A stretch of DNA of 64,000 bases from Octopus sinensis. Its lineage: Eukaryota. The position numbers were made by a program, and so were the translations under genes. The DNA lies in assembly GCF_006345805.1 (NCBI RefSeq), contig NC_043018.1, positions 2,232,001 through 2,296,000 of the forward strand. The letters run 5' to 3'. Each line of letters opens with the position of its first letter. The first letter of the stretch is position 1. Below are positions 26,428-38,458 of the stretch, piece after piece. The notes under the pieces were generated by a model. That model made no database searches. It was not told where the DNA came from and was given only the letters and a program-made list of their open reading frames with translations.

Positions 26428-26781
26428 ACAATTGCAGCGTGGAAGGTGTTTGTAAGCCATTTAAGAAACACACAAAAGCCGTTCGATTCACTTCAACATT
26501 TAAGTTTAATTTGTCAAAATATTTTCGTCGCTTTTAGACCGCGACCTGTTCACTGACAAAAATCCGTGCTCCATCTCAGATGCAGCACGGATTTTTGTCA
26601 GTGAATAGGTCGCGGATTTTAGCGACGAAAATATTTTGACAAATTAAACTTAAATGTTGAAGTGAATCGAACGGCTTTTGTGTGTTTCTTAAATGGCTTA
26701 TAAACACCTTCCACGCTGCAATTGTTTTCGTTTCAGCACACGATCTCAGATCAAATTACTTGCTATGCGAGTACATCTCCG
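26428..26781. mobile_element. PLE-type element P2 as a ~148-bp-arm palindrome (26428-26725) with a hammerhead motif in each arm
   Basis: Centre CATCT-C-AGATG at 26577; the right arm continues to 26781 and then (TA)n. Confidence 0.8.
26510..26560 (-). ncRNA. Candidate minimal type I hammerhead ribozyme, G3:C8 variant
   Basis: TTTGTCA-GTGAACA-G-GTCGC-loop-GCGAC-GAAA-ATATTT-TGACAAA: 7-bp stem I, 5-bp stem II, palindromic stem III. Confidence 0.62.
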
Positions 26782-27265
26782 ATATATATATAGATTCCAT
26801 TTAATTAATCATTTTGTCTGTTACAACTTTGTTGTTGTTTTTAATTGTAATTCTTATGTAGTTGAAAAGTTAACGTTCACGCTCATAACACATAGATATT
26901 TCAATTAATATTTATACAATCCAGCTGTTCTTTCTCACGGAATTTCGTCTGTCTTTAAACCTCACCTTTGAAGAGACTTATATAAGTGGATACGTATTGT
27001 TTATAAATCTAATAATGTAAATATCTCGAAACAAATTGTTGGCTTTTTTGGTTGTTTAAATAATTGCTTATGTCATATTATATTATATCCACAATATATT
27101 ATGTTATAACATAAATAAATTATTGGATTGTCAATTGAATATCTCTATTTAATTTATAATATATATTTATTACATACATTACACACACACACACACACAC
27201 CACACACATATATATATATATACATATATATATGTGTGTGTATATATATATATGTATATATATAT

Positions 27266-27296
<31 letters not shown>

Positions 27297-27459
27297 TATA
27301 TATATATACATATATATATATGTGTGTTTATATATATATGTATATATATACACATACACATACACACACACACACATATATATATATATACATATATATA
27401 TGTGTGTATATATATATGTATATATATATATACACATACACATACCACACACAACACAC

Positions 27460-27491
<32 letters not shown>

Positions 27492-27916
27492 ATATATACA
27501 CATACACATACACACACACACTATATATAATATATATATATAATATATATATACATATATATACTCGCGTAGATGAAACGGGGATAGTGAATGAAGGGGG
27601 ATATTTTTTATGTTGTGTGTCTCGTTTCTCTGTTTTTTTTTCGTTGTTCGTTTTCTATGTTTTTGTTTTTATGTTTTCGTTTCTCATTGTGTTCAACGTT
27701 TTTTCGATGTCCTGTACCCATATATGTATGTCCTGTACCCACCTATATATGTAGAAATGTATATATATGTACGTACATATGCACATATTTGTATATTATT
27801 TCTATTATTATATGATGGACCGCCACGCATCCTTTTCCAAGTAAGTTTTATCTTAATTATTTCGACGCACACTCTTCTATTATTCCCTTTCTATTGTCCG
27901 TTATGATGTGTGGTTT

Positions 27917-27969
27917 GCGTCTGAAGAATATGTTTGTGGACACTCAGCATACGAAACTCTTAGTAGCGC
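27917..27969 (+). ncRNA. Candidate type I hammerhead ribozyme, canonical core
   Basis: GCGT-CTGAAGA-ATATGT..GCATAC-GAAA-CT-ctt-AG-TA-GCGC; GUA cleavage triplet at 27963-27965; AATAAA and (TA)n follow. Confidence 0.7.
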
Positions 27970-28864
27970 TTGAATACATATAATGTGAGCTCGAATAAAT
28001 AAATGAATAAATAATATATATATATATATGCTACATGTTTGTTGAGAATTACTGTGAATACAAAAGGCAATAACGGCACCGATTGGCGACCTTTAGGGTT
28101 TAAATGAAAATGAGGGTTACAAATGGATGGGGGCAGGTTCTGCATAATGTAAATAGGAAGAGAATTACATGAAAATGCTCGAGAAACATGAAGATTTAAA
28201 TGATCATCTCAGTAATTACCTCAGAAAATACTCAAGAATACATTAATAAACTGAAAAACAAACATCCCCACGAGAAACCCCATGTACAGACATATGTGTG
28301 TGTGTGTATTGATGTGCGTTTGAGCGTATGTGTGTGTGTGCGGGTGTGCGAAACAACAGCTTTACAATAATATATGTATAAAGCATGCATATAAGCAAGT
28401 AAGTTCACCAATGAAAAAACACAAACAAACTAAACAAAAAATACCCATCAAAGACAATACATGTGAATGAGAACTAAATATAAACTGTGAAAAAAAAAAT
28501 ACATAAAGAAATAAAACATTAAGAAATACAAGAATAACACAAATGAATAACAATAACATTAATTAATGTAAAACGAAGAGAAAAGTACAGATAAATACTG
28601 GGAAACAAAGCGAGCATTAAATGATTAGAAATGTAGGAAAAAAATAATTAAAGCAATCACCTACAGTAATTTTTCAAAGGAAATTAAACCGACAAACATA
28701 ATAAATTGAATATTTAATTGAGCAAGACTAATTAACCTCATTGTTTTCGTACATATTCCATAGGAGCATGTATCTGCACATATGTAATATATATATATAT
28801 ATAATATATATATATTATATATATAGATATATATATATATATAATATATATATATATATATGTA

Positions 28865-28898
<34 letters not shown>

Positions 28899-30229
28899 CA
28901 TGTATGTATGTATGTATGTATGTATGTATGTATGTTTGTATGTATGTATGTATACTCACACACAGAGACACAGACACATACACACATATATATACGCATG
29001 CGTATACAAGCAAACACATGTATGCATATATATGTACTTAGGCGCATGTATTACTGTCTCGTTCTGACGGGTCTCTCCATGTCCATTCCAGGCAGCCTAG
29101 AAACCACTCTTTCTTTATATTTGGGAACCACTCTTGATGAACAGGTCGCATCATCCGCATGGGTGATGAATGCATTCCTAGGCACATGCAAGATGGTGAG
29201 TTTACTCAGTGGAAAAGAAAAAGATAGGAAGCTGAAGGAAAGATTGATGTTTTAAAACCAAATTTGAAATGTCTTCAGTCTTGAATCAGTCGAGGAAGGA
29301 ATGAAAGCGTGGAAAGCTAAAAGTGGTGGAAGAGGCGTTGAAATGAAAGAAAATCTCGTAAAAATGTGATAAACATCAATGGCATTATGAGAGCTTATCA
29401 TTCTTTGTTTAGATTATCTTTGTATACAAAATTTTGCATATCCCGCGCAGGTATGAGATCGCGATAACGTGGCCATGCGGACGAGCCGTCAATAAGTAAT
29501 GCGATTTTATTCGGGATGTCCAATTTTAATGCAACGCTCTATAAAATGACGTGATAGTCATGTGGGGATTGCCTCTTGAACAATCATCATATACAAGCAG
29601 AAAATGGAAGCCATGCTGAAATGAGACATTGGTGCTCAGAAGAGATTTAAGGTCTTCCGCTAAGAATAGGCAACTACAGGTGCGAGAGGAGATCAAGCTC
29701 AGCAAGGATGAGACAGCTACCACTCACTCCCTCTCTCTCTTTCTCTCTCTCTCACACATACACACAGACAAGCAAGCACATACGCACACTCACACAAGCA
29801 CACATATATATATAGTGAGAGGATGGATATGCTTTCCAGGCAGATATCGAATTTGTTTGTGTAAAATGCCATGGTTGGTTCCTTCCCTTGGTAATCTTCC
29901 TTTAGCTTTCATCCAGTGTTCCAGTTTGTTACTTGGGCGCTTAGAGTGTAAGGAACAATATTAAAATGAGGAGAATGAAGGGTTTGAACGTTCAAACTAT
30001 ACACACACGCACACACACACACACACATATACATACACACATACGTACACACACTCACACACATATGCATGCATACACACACACACACACATATATATAT
30101 ATAAACACATACATTTTTACATATGAAATGTGTTTAAAGCCTCAGAAGATGAATGATTACTCGTGTCCGGTTTCACATGGATTCCCATGGTGAACAAAGG
30201 TTGCTGTGTGCTGTTCGAGAATGCTGTCG

Positions 30230-30712
30230 CCGCTCCTCTACGCATGCACGACGTGGAGCGTTTACAAGCGTTCCGTAAGTGTCTTTGACAGCTTCCTTGA
30301 GATCAGTCTGAGATACAGACTGAATGCTAGCTGGTCGTTGTGAACTCCAGGTACTGAGTCCCAGAGGCGAGCTGACATTGTGAGTATTGAGGCGATGATA
30401 CACATGTACTGTTTACGGAGTTCGGATGAATGATCGCAGGATCTGTAAGCAGGTGTTATAAGGCAAACTTCTTCGTAGATAACAGCCTACGCAGAAACCA
30501 AGACTATGATTGTGTAATGTGGTCGTTGTAGACACGTGAAATATGGGAGGTCAACTGGTAAAGCAATGTTTGTCATTGTCATGAAGAGGAGAATGACGTC
30601 AAGCAAGAAGTGAGTATTTGCAGAAAGCACCCGGCCTCTACGTAGTGAACTGGGGACGTTATGTGCGGAGGTTTATGTCTATCAAGAGAAGGGCTCAATA
30701 GCCACTAGCGGA
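30230..30712 (+). mobile_element. Degenerate RTE LINE 3' fragment
   Basis: LYACTTWSVYKR..IVSIEAMI..RMNDRRICKQVL*GKL..KPRL and a terminal zinc-finger-like CGGLCLSREGLNSH. Confidence 0.72.
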
Positions 30713-30810
30713 ATGACAAATGTGAAATGCATGTTTGTCTAAGTGCACAACGTTTGTAATTGTCAGTGATTCTGGTCCTAGATCACAACTGGACACAGCC
30801 ATCATATATA

Positions 30811-31272
30811 CAGGGTGGCCCATATATAGGTTTACAGTTGGAAATGCTTCGTGACGTGTAGCACCACAGCTAACCATATCTAACGGTGATTTGGAAGACG
30901 GGGTACCATCGAATGGCTACCACGTTCACCTGATCTGACACCAATGGATTTCTTTTTGGGAGTGTTGTAAAGAACGAGGTTTATGTGAAGAATCCCAAAA
31001 CAGTAAATGAATTAAAAAATTTAATTTCTGATGCATTCACTGATTTTGATGGAGATCGGAAGTTGTGCCGCACTGAGTGTCAAACTGTTCTGAAAATATT
31101 TGAAGAATGTTGCAATGTTGAAAGCCGACATTTTGAACTTATGGGAGATTAAACATTGTCTGTTTAAGATGTGCAAAACAATATGATTGTAAGATAGAAA
31201 TTTAAAAGTAATATAATGTTTTAAAAGAAATGTAAAGTGCCTACGTGATAACTTTAAACCTACTTGTGGGCC
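30811..31272 (+). mobile_element. Internally deleted Tc1/mariner-superfamily transposon
   Basis: TA|CAGGGTGGCCCA left TIR, partial right TIR AACTTTAAACCTACTTGTGGGCC; transposase tail GRRGTIEWLPRSPDLTPMDFF..VKNEVY..P.TVNEL..RHFE. Confidence 0.88.
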
Positions 31273-31504
31273 GTAAAAGCAATGAAGAGCCGTGGAAAAA
31301 CCGATTATAGCAGCGACTCCATCAATTGTTAGGGATATCTGAAAAATGGATTGTATTCCGAAATATCATATCAGACTATGGATGATTGAATTACAACAGT
31401 TATTATAGTCCGTTGTCTGTATTATGGTGCATTGTTGTACCATTCAAAACTTTTTATTCTTTACAAACAATACACAATGCTTCAAGCGAACTACAATACT
31501 CTCC

Positions 31505-31537
<33 letters not shown>

Positions 31538-31538
<1 letters not shown>

Positions 31539-31603
31539 ATTCACAAAAAAACCCAACAAAAGACGAAGACAGGTGGTGTAGACAACAAACAGATCTATTA
31601 GTA
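31538..31603 (-). mobile_element. Short 3' fragment of element P1
   Basis: AAAAGACGAAGACAGGTGGTG..TATTAGTAT matches the reverse complement of about 14908-14960. Confidence 0.7.
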
Positions 31604-31648
31604 TATATACATGTACCGCCGCCGTAGTCTCCTTTAGAGAGACTTAGA

Positions 31649-31682
<34 letters not shown>

Positions 31683-32266
31683 TATATATATTATATATAT
31701 ATACACCTTAACAGTCATGAGGTGAAGCAATGCCCATGAACATCCAAGAAATAATTCGATCTTTGCATATACAGTATAATCTTATAACCCACTTCTCATA
31801 AGAATACAAAATTTCCGCTCTTGCTTCTTGAGGAGAACTGTTCTTTCATTCGGTACTTAGTGTAATCCCTAAATAATATTGTATTAACTGCTTAGTTCTA
31901 TCCATTGCTAACAGGCACCGTCTTCTAGTTAGATGTGTTTGAAGAGTACATTGTTTATTTATATGAATTGTACATTGAGGCTAGTTATTAATACAAATTA
32001 GAATTTGGGGATATTATGTTAGGAGTATTTGCCTGTGAATTATATTGGAGGATTTCATTGTATTCTGTGCTTAATACGGGAATGTTTAGCAACGAAAGGT
32101 CCTTAATATAACATTTAATTATTCGGCGTTCGACTGAGGTAGAAACGTGTGCTACTTAAAATACGTGTGAAGTATATATTGTTTGTTTATTGAATTGAAA
32201 TGTTCTTCCGAATTTTAATTACGTGGGTTTAAGTGAGTAGCTTGATTAGCTGATAGCTTGTGCTGG

Positions 32267-32559
32267 GAAGGCACGTGGCTTAGTGGTTAGGGCATTCGGC
32301 TCCTGATCGTAAGGTTATGAGTTCAATTTCCGGCGATGCAATGTGTCCTTGAACAAGATATTTTATTTCACGTTGCTGCAGTCCACGCATCTGGCAAAAA
32401 TGAGTGGTACATGTAGTCCAAAGTGCTAACATTGTCACGCTGTGTCGTATTGAATTTCCCCAATGGTATACTCAGCCACTCGCACGTTTAATTTCACGAG
32501 CAGTCTCTTTCGTTGTTTGGATGAACTGAGACCCTCGTCGTCGCAACCAACGGAGTACC
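32267..32559 (+). mobile_element. SINE family C2
   Basis: Matches the reverse complement of 13436-13765, with an internal deletion. Confidence 0.85.
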
Positions 32560-33587
32560 AATGTGTAATAGTGAAATAGGTGTGAATAAAACCTTCTTCG
32601 ATTATTGCGGGGGATTGTACCCCCACCGCGATCCTTATAATGAATCATAATTATATCAAGTGAAGGCAGTAGTTGTGACTGTATTAGTTCTGTGTGTTGG
32701 AGAAACACTTGGGTAGAATAAATATATTTTCTAGATCGTAATGTGATGAACTCTACCTCCACAAGTTTACTTCAACACTAATTTGCAGGTCATAGGTGAC
32801 TAATCGCGGCTAATGTTACAAAATAATCTTGTCTCTTGTTATAACTTGGCGCTGTGGTATCTCTCTTGAAGAAGCCAGTATTTCTACTTCTGCTTACTGA
32901 GATGACCTGTGAAATTTATTTCTCCCCAGTTTTTTTTTATTATATCTAATAAGTAGAGTTGTAGATTTCAATATGACTATATTCAACAGTGCTGACATAA
33001 TATTAACAGTCAATTTGTGGAGGAGATTGACTGCTCGATGAGTTGGCTAAATAGATATAATTTTATAATAATGGTTATTTGAGAGAAACCAAGAACTTCA
33101 ACAATTTTCTCAAGAAAATAATTGATAGATGAGAAGCAAAAATAGACTTCCAGACATAGAATTATAATTATAATCATAAATCAAACAGTGAAAGAGTAGT
33201 TTTTTAACAGACGTGTTTTTTGTATCGTATATATATTATATATATGATTGCAAATTACAGTCTCGCCTTATAAATCTCATTTTTACGAAAAAAAAGCTGG
33301 CAATTTGAACAAGTTAGTGAGGGAGAGGTCATGGTTGGAATTCTTTGATCACAGAAGCTTGCTCGTTAGAGGGCGCGATATGAGAAGCATACAAGAGCAA
33401 GACGAACAACAATAACTAATAAAAATAATGATGCAACTAGCGAAAGAGGTCTATAGGCGTCTAATTTTGCTCGTCGTGTTAAGCGATCGCGCTTAGGACA
33501 TTGATTGGTAAGCAAGAAGAAATAGCAGCCACACGGCCATCAAATGATATCCTTCAAGCAACACGTGAGGGTGTTTTACTTTATGTG

Positions 33588-33632
<45 letters not shown>

Positions 33633-33686
33633 GTAATATGTAATATGTATATCTATCTATCGTTCTATCTATCTCTCTATCTATCA

Positions 33687-33798
<112 letters not shown>

Positions 33799-33939
33799 AT
33801 GAATGTATATATAAATTGTGTGTGTGCAATTATACATTTATATACTTACATACTTACATACTTACATACATAGATGCACACACATGCACACACACACACT
33901 CACACGCACACACACACACTCACACGCACACACACACAT

Positions 33940-34210
33940 GGATAAGCGTCAGTTTACCCCTTTAAGCCGGCGTCAGCTCTACCACCCGAAAAACAAAAGT
34001 TGCCCTCCGTCCATCTTGGCGGAGAGCAATTCATTTCGGTTGTTCCGCTTTTGAGGAGGGGAGAAAAAACTGAAGAAGAAGCAAAAGGGAAGGCAACGCA
34101 AAGCCCAGCAGCTCTGGCCAAGACCACTGTCCACCCCACTATGCGGTCAGTGCTTGGGACTGTTCCAATACCGACTTGGCCTTCTGGGCATCATGGAGGA
34201 ACCAGATGAG
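33940..34210 (+). mobile_element. RTE LINE C-terminal fragment
   Basis: RPSWRRAIHFGCSAFEEGR, then (fs) CGQCLGLFQYRLGLL, a zinc-finger-like end. Confidence 0.65.
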
Positions 34211-34571
34211 CCAATTTCGGAAACAGGTGGTACCGACGATTTGAATACGATATATATAAGAATGAAAGTTCATAATTGTAGCGCCTTTCTCTGACAGACC
34301 AAAGGTCACTACGGGTGAATCAGTAGCTTATGACCCCCACTACTTCTACCACTACCACAATTAGCAGCAATGTTATAACATGATTTACTTTGTCTAGTTC
34401 GTGTATTTTCTTTTCTCTGATTTTGAGGAGCAAATGACTCATTTCTACGTAAATAACTCTATAGAGGCCATTATGAAGATTAATAAGATATTTCGTGAAT
34501 AATATTCTCGCACATTACTTAAGAAGTCTAGCACAGAACATATTAATCATTATTGTTGAAGTTGATAAAAA

Positions 34572-34572
<1 letters not shown>

Positions 34573-34652
<80 letters not shown>

Positions 34653-34714
34653 CTATCTATCTATCTATCTATCTATCTATATCTATCTATCTATCTATCT
34701 ACCTATATATATAT

Positions 34715-34745
<31 letters not shown>

Positions 34746-34750
34746 TGGAT

Positions 34751-34845
<95 letters not shown>
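34573..34845. repeat. Head-to-head (TATC)n/(GATA)n fold-back microsatellite
   Basis: The CTAT tract switches to its complement ATAG across a short TA run near 34710. Confidence 0.92.
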
Positions 34846-35117
34846 TGTGTCTGAATGGATAAACTTTTATGTCATCATTTCGCTGAAATTGCTTGAATCG
34901 AAGTTGCTTACAATCTCACGTGGTAATAAATACAAAATGCGTGTTATTAAACATTTATTTCTGCTTAATAACTCTCAGTGCGATCATCTCGACTTATGAT
35001 CGACTCGTGAATGTAGAAGACCATGCCTATAACAAGAGCAAGAATGTGCATTTCATTTCTCCATTTCACAATTCGGGAAAATAAGTATCAAATACGTATT
35101 GCTTTCTAAACTAATCA

Positions 35118-35996
35118 TTACCCTGTACACGTAAGCGAAAGTAAGATATTGTAATCAGTGGTCTATGCTTGTTTGTATGTAAGTTTGCAAAATGCCTTGA
35201 AAATGGCTGAACGGATTTTCACCAAATTTAGCAGAAATATTCATTGGTCGAGGGTCTCAAAACGATGAAGATTTGGTTTGATTATCTTGAAACATAAATA
35301 AATACATACATAGATGCGCGACTCTGTGTGTGTTTGTGCACTGAAGGATCCGAGAGATCCGTTTATTTACAAGTTGATTTCTTAATTTCACCGGAGTATA
35401 AATACCTATAATTGTGATACTTACAGAAAAAGATTTAAAAAAATTGAGCTTGCAAAATACATATTATCTATATCCTACAACGAACTACAATACCTTTGAT
35501 TTGCTTGTCACCATTGAAAGACGTTGAAAACACTTCTCAAATTCTATGCAATATGTTGTATAACTATTTCATTTTGTTCACTTTCTTTTTCATATTAATC
35601 AACCCTCGTCTGCGTTTGAGTGTTTGTGTGTGCATAGATCATGGTGTAACCATGCGCGTAGACACGCATGATACATCCATAAATACAAACATAGCTATGT
35701 GACTGTTAGTGCGTGTATGTGTATGCGTGTGTGCGTGTGTACTTGCGTGTACAGTGATGGATTCGTATATTTACGAGTTGATTTCTTAATTTCACCGGAG
35801 TATAGATATCTATAATCGTGATAGTTAAAAATAAAATAAAATCAAACTTAGAAATTTCCCGATAAGCAAGTTTAGTCAAACACTTATAAACATAATTCAA
35901 TCAAAAAGCATGGGTGAGCAATACATTGTAAGCCACAGTATCATTTGCGAAAAAAAAATATCTGCGTGCAGGGTATGCATCGCCCCTCCGGTACCT
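35118..35996 (+). mobile_element. Possible Helentron-associated non-autonomous element (DINE-1/HINE-like)
   Basis: Subterminal IR TACCCTGTACACG (35119) / CGTGCAGGGTA (35965), short TTGT-like repeat, GAACGGATTTTCACCAAATTT block, T-rich 3' flank. Confidence 0.5.
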
Positions 35997-36243
35997 TTTT
36001 CTTCCCTTTTAATTTAATTTTGACTTCAGTTTTTCGGGTTTAATGAGGCTAAATAGAAATCCATGTGAGGGTAGGGGGGAGGAAACAATACCCTGAATAT
36101 AATATCAATTATAAAGAAGTTGGTTGGTGATTGATTTCATGCTTTTGTAGTCATCAACTTGTTAGTCCCATGACCTTCATATCGAACATTTTCTTTTATT
36201 GAACCAATAAATCGACTTTCGACCATCGAGACTTTATATAAAC

Positions 36244-36492
36244 TAGTCGTTCGTAAGCACTTATTATCTATGGATCCCAAAGATTCTTTTGTACTCGGCT
36301 GAACCCTCATAGACTTTCGATCTGTTAAAAATCCTATTCTATTTTTGTATTTAAATATTAAAAGAAATTATATTTAAAAAATGTGAAAATAGGATTTGTT
36401 GAACTCTAACCAATTTATTGCACGTGAACTGTAACAAAGCAATATCATGTGGATCCCTTTAGGGCCATATGGGCTCCGGTTGAGAACTACTG
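36244..36492 (-). mobile_element. Degenerate hAT-like MITE; related copy near 6900-7085
   Basis: Terminus CAGTAGTTCTCAACC on the minus strand; shares GGGATCC..GTGCAATAAATT with the 6900 region. Confidence 0.45.
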
Positions 36493-37345
36493 ATCTAAAC
36501 ACTATCCGTGTGACATTGAATTTTCCAGACAGAATAGAACATAAATATGGTTTCAGATTGACTTCTTTCAGTTGTTTAACACAAGGCACCGTCTTCCTCG
36601 TTGTAACCACTAACAGAAAGAAAAAGAAACAGACCGGGGGAAAAGAAGAAAGAAGAATTCTTTTTCTAATCTGACACCTTATACAACTCTAAGTTACCTC
36701 TTTTTTTTCTTCTAACCGATGGCTACTCTCGGACGTGCATTTTCGAAATATTCCTTTTCTGTAAAACAGCAAATATTGAATCTTTACTGATTTTATATCT
36801 TGACAGAATATTACGCTAACGGCTGTCATTCACTTAAAAGGTCATGGAACTACCAAAGCATTTATTCAGAGCAATATCTTGTCTATTTGCTTAGGAATTT
36901 CTCCCTCAAAATTCGGTAAGTAATGGACAAGTTTCTAAACACTTATAAAGTTTGGTTCTCTCTTGCTTTTATTCTATTAACTTTGCACAACTTAATCCTT
37001 TCGACGCTGATATGTCAGAACTTACTGGGATTATTTATGTACACGAATCTTGCTTCAGTTATCGATATTCAGTCTGCCCTTAAACGACACGCCATGTTTC
37101 AAGATAGCTTACTCTAAATTACATCACTGTTGGATCCAATCAACTTCACAGAACAGGCATTTCTAAAATGTCCTTAAAACATGTAAACCACTTCATAATC
37201 CATGTGCGTGTATATGTATATGTGCTTGTTTGTATGAGTATATGCACTTGCATGTATGTGTTTTTATATGTAAATATGAATATAAACATATGTGCATCTG
37301 TGTGCATATATATATAACTACAAACACAAGCACATACTTAGGTAT

Positions 37346-37404
<59 letters not shown>

Positions 37405-37405
<1 letters not shown>

Positions 37406-37626
37406 TTTATTTAAAGCAGCAGAAAATTCAATAAAACCTGTTACTCTGAGTTTCCCGTTGCCGTTCATCGGACAGTTTTTGCAAAAACTGTCCCATGAAC
37501 GGCAACGGCAAACTCAGAGTAACAGGTTTTGTTGAATTTTCTGCTGCTTTAAATAAAGCATATTACTCTCCCACTGGTATTGAGTACTCTTTTTTCCACC
37601 TTGTTTCACATTTATGTGTTTACTCC

Positions 37627-37678
<52 letters not shown>

Positions 37679-37739
37679 GGAGTAAACACATAAATGTGAA
37701 ACAAGGTGGAAAAAAGAGTACTCAAATACCAGTGGTAGA

Positions 37740-37742
<3 letters not shown>
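37405..37742. mobile_element. PLE-type element P3 arranged as two adjacent palindromes
   Basis: 77-bp arms with no spacer (37405-37558), and ~65-bp arms around (TA)n (37564-37742). Confidence 0.8.
37438..37475 (-). ncRNA. Candidate minimal hammerhead ribozyme (U4C variant)
   Basis: CTGT-CCGATGA-ACG-gcaa-CGG-GAAA-CTC-a-GAG-TA-ACAG; GUA triplet. Confidence 0.62.
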
Positions 37743-37779
<37 letters not shown>

Positions 37780-37959
37780 CTTTATACCTAAGTATATATA
37801 TATGTGAGACTTGAAAAAGAGCCAACATCTGATGAAAGGCCGTTCTTTATTTTGTTTGCTTTGTTTTCCATTTGTGTCTTTCGTTTTTCGAAAGAATAGT
37901 TCATGTTTCATGTACTCGTGCTTCGTATTTTTTGTTGTACATATTTCAAGACGTCCTGT

Positions 37960-38195
37960 GCCCACATAAGCCGACTAACGGACAGAATTAGCGACAGATT
38001 GACGCAATATATCCGAAATATCCATTTCTAAACAGTCCTTCCGTGGCGCCTCACGTATGTTCAACTTTCGAACTTTACCAAGCGCCTCACTCTCTTCATC
38101 CTCGCCTTACCCCATGGAACTACCATCACTAGACTTCGCCAAGAACAGTACATTTTCACACTAGAAACTCAATCACTGTCTGGACTTAACACTCT
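37960..38195 (+). mobile_element. Penelope-like GIY-YIG endonuclease remnant
   Basis: RISDRLTQYIRNI..(fs)VAPH..RLRQEQYIFTLETQSLSGLN, resembling the R..EH / E..I..L.T..P.GLN tail; a degenerate P1-like hammerhead follows at 38690-38720. Confidence 0.65.
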
Positions 38196-38314
38196 CCACA
38201 GACAACAGACATACCTAACGCTCACAAACACGCATGCATATGCGTATCAACGCAGTAACACCCACGCTCTAACGTCACCTCGCATCTCAACCACATATCA
38301 GCCCAATACTACTA

Positions 38315-38371
<57 letters not shown>

Positions 38372-38414
38372 ATGATGCTACTACTACTACTACCACCACC
38401 ACCACCACCACCAA

Positions 38415-38458
<44 letters not shown>

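Noticed and set aside
34000-34209. GC-rich 69-aa ORF as a host exon
   Set aside because: Other frames match an RTE C-terminus
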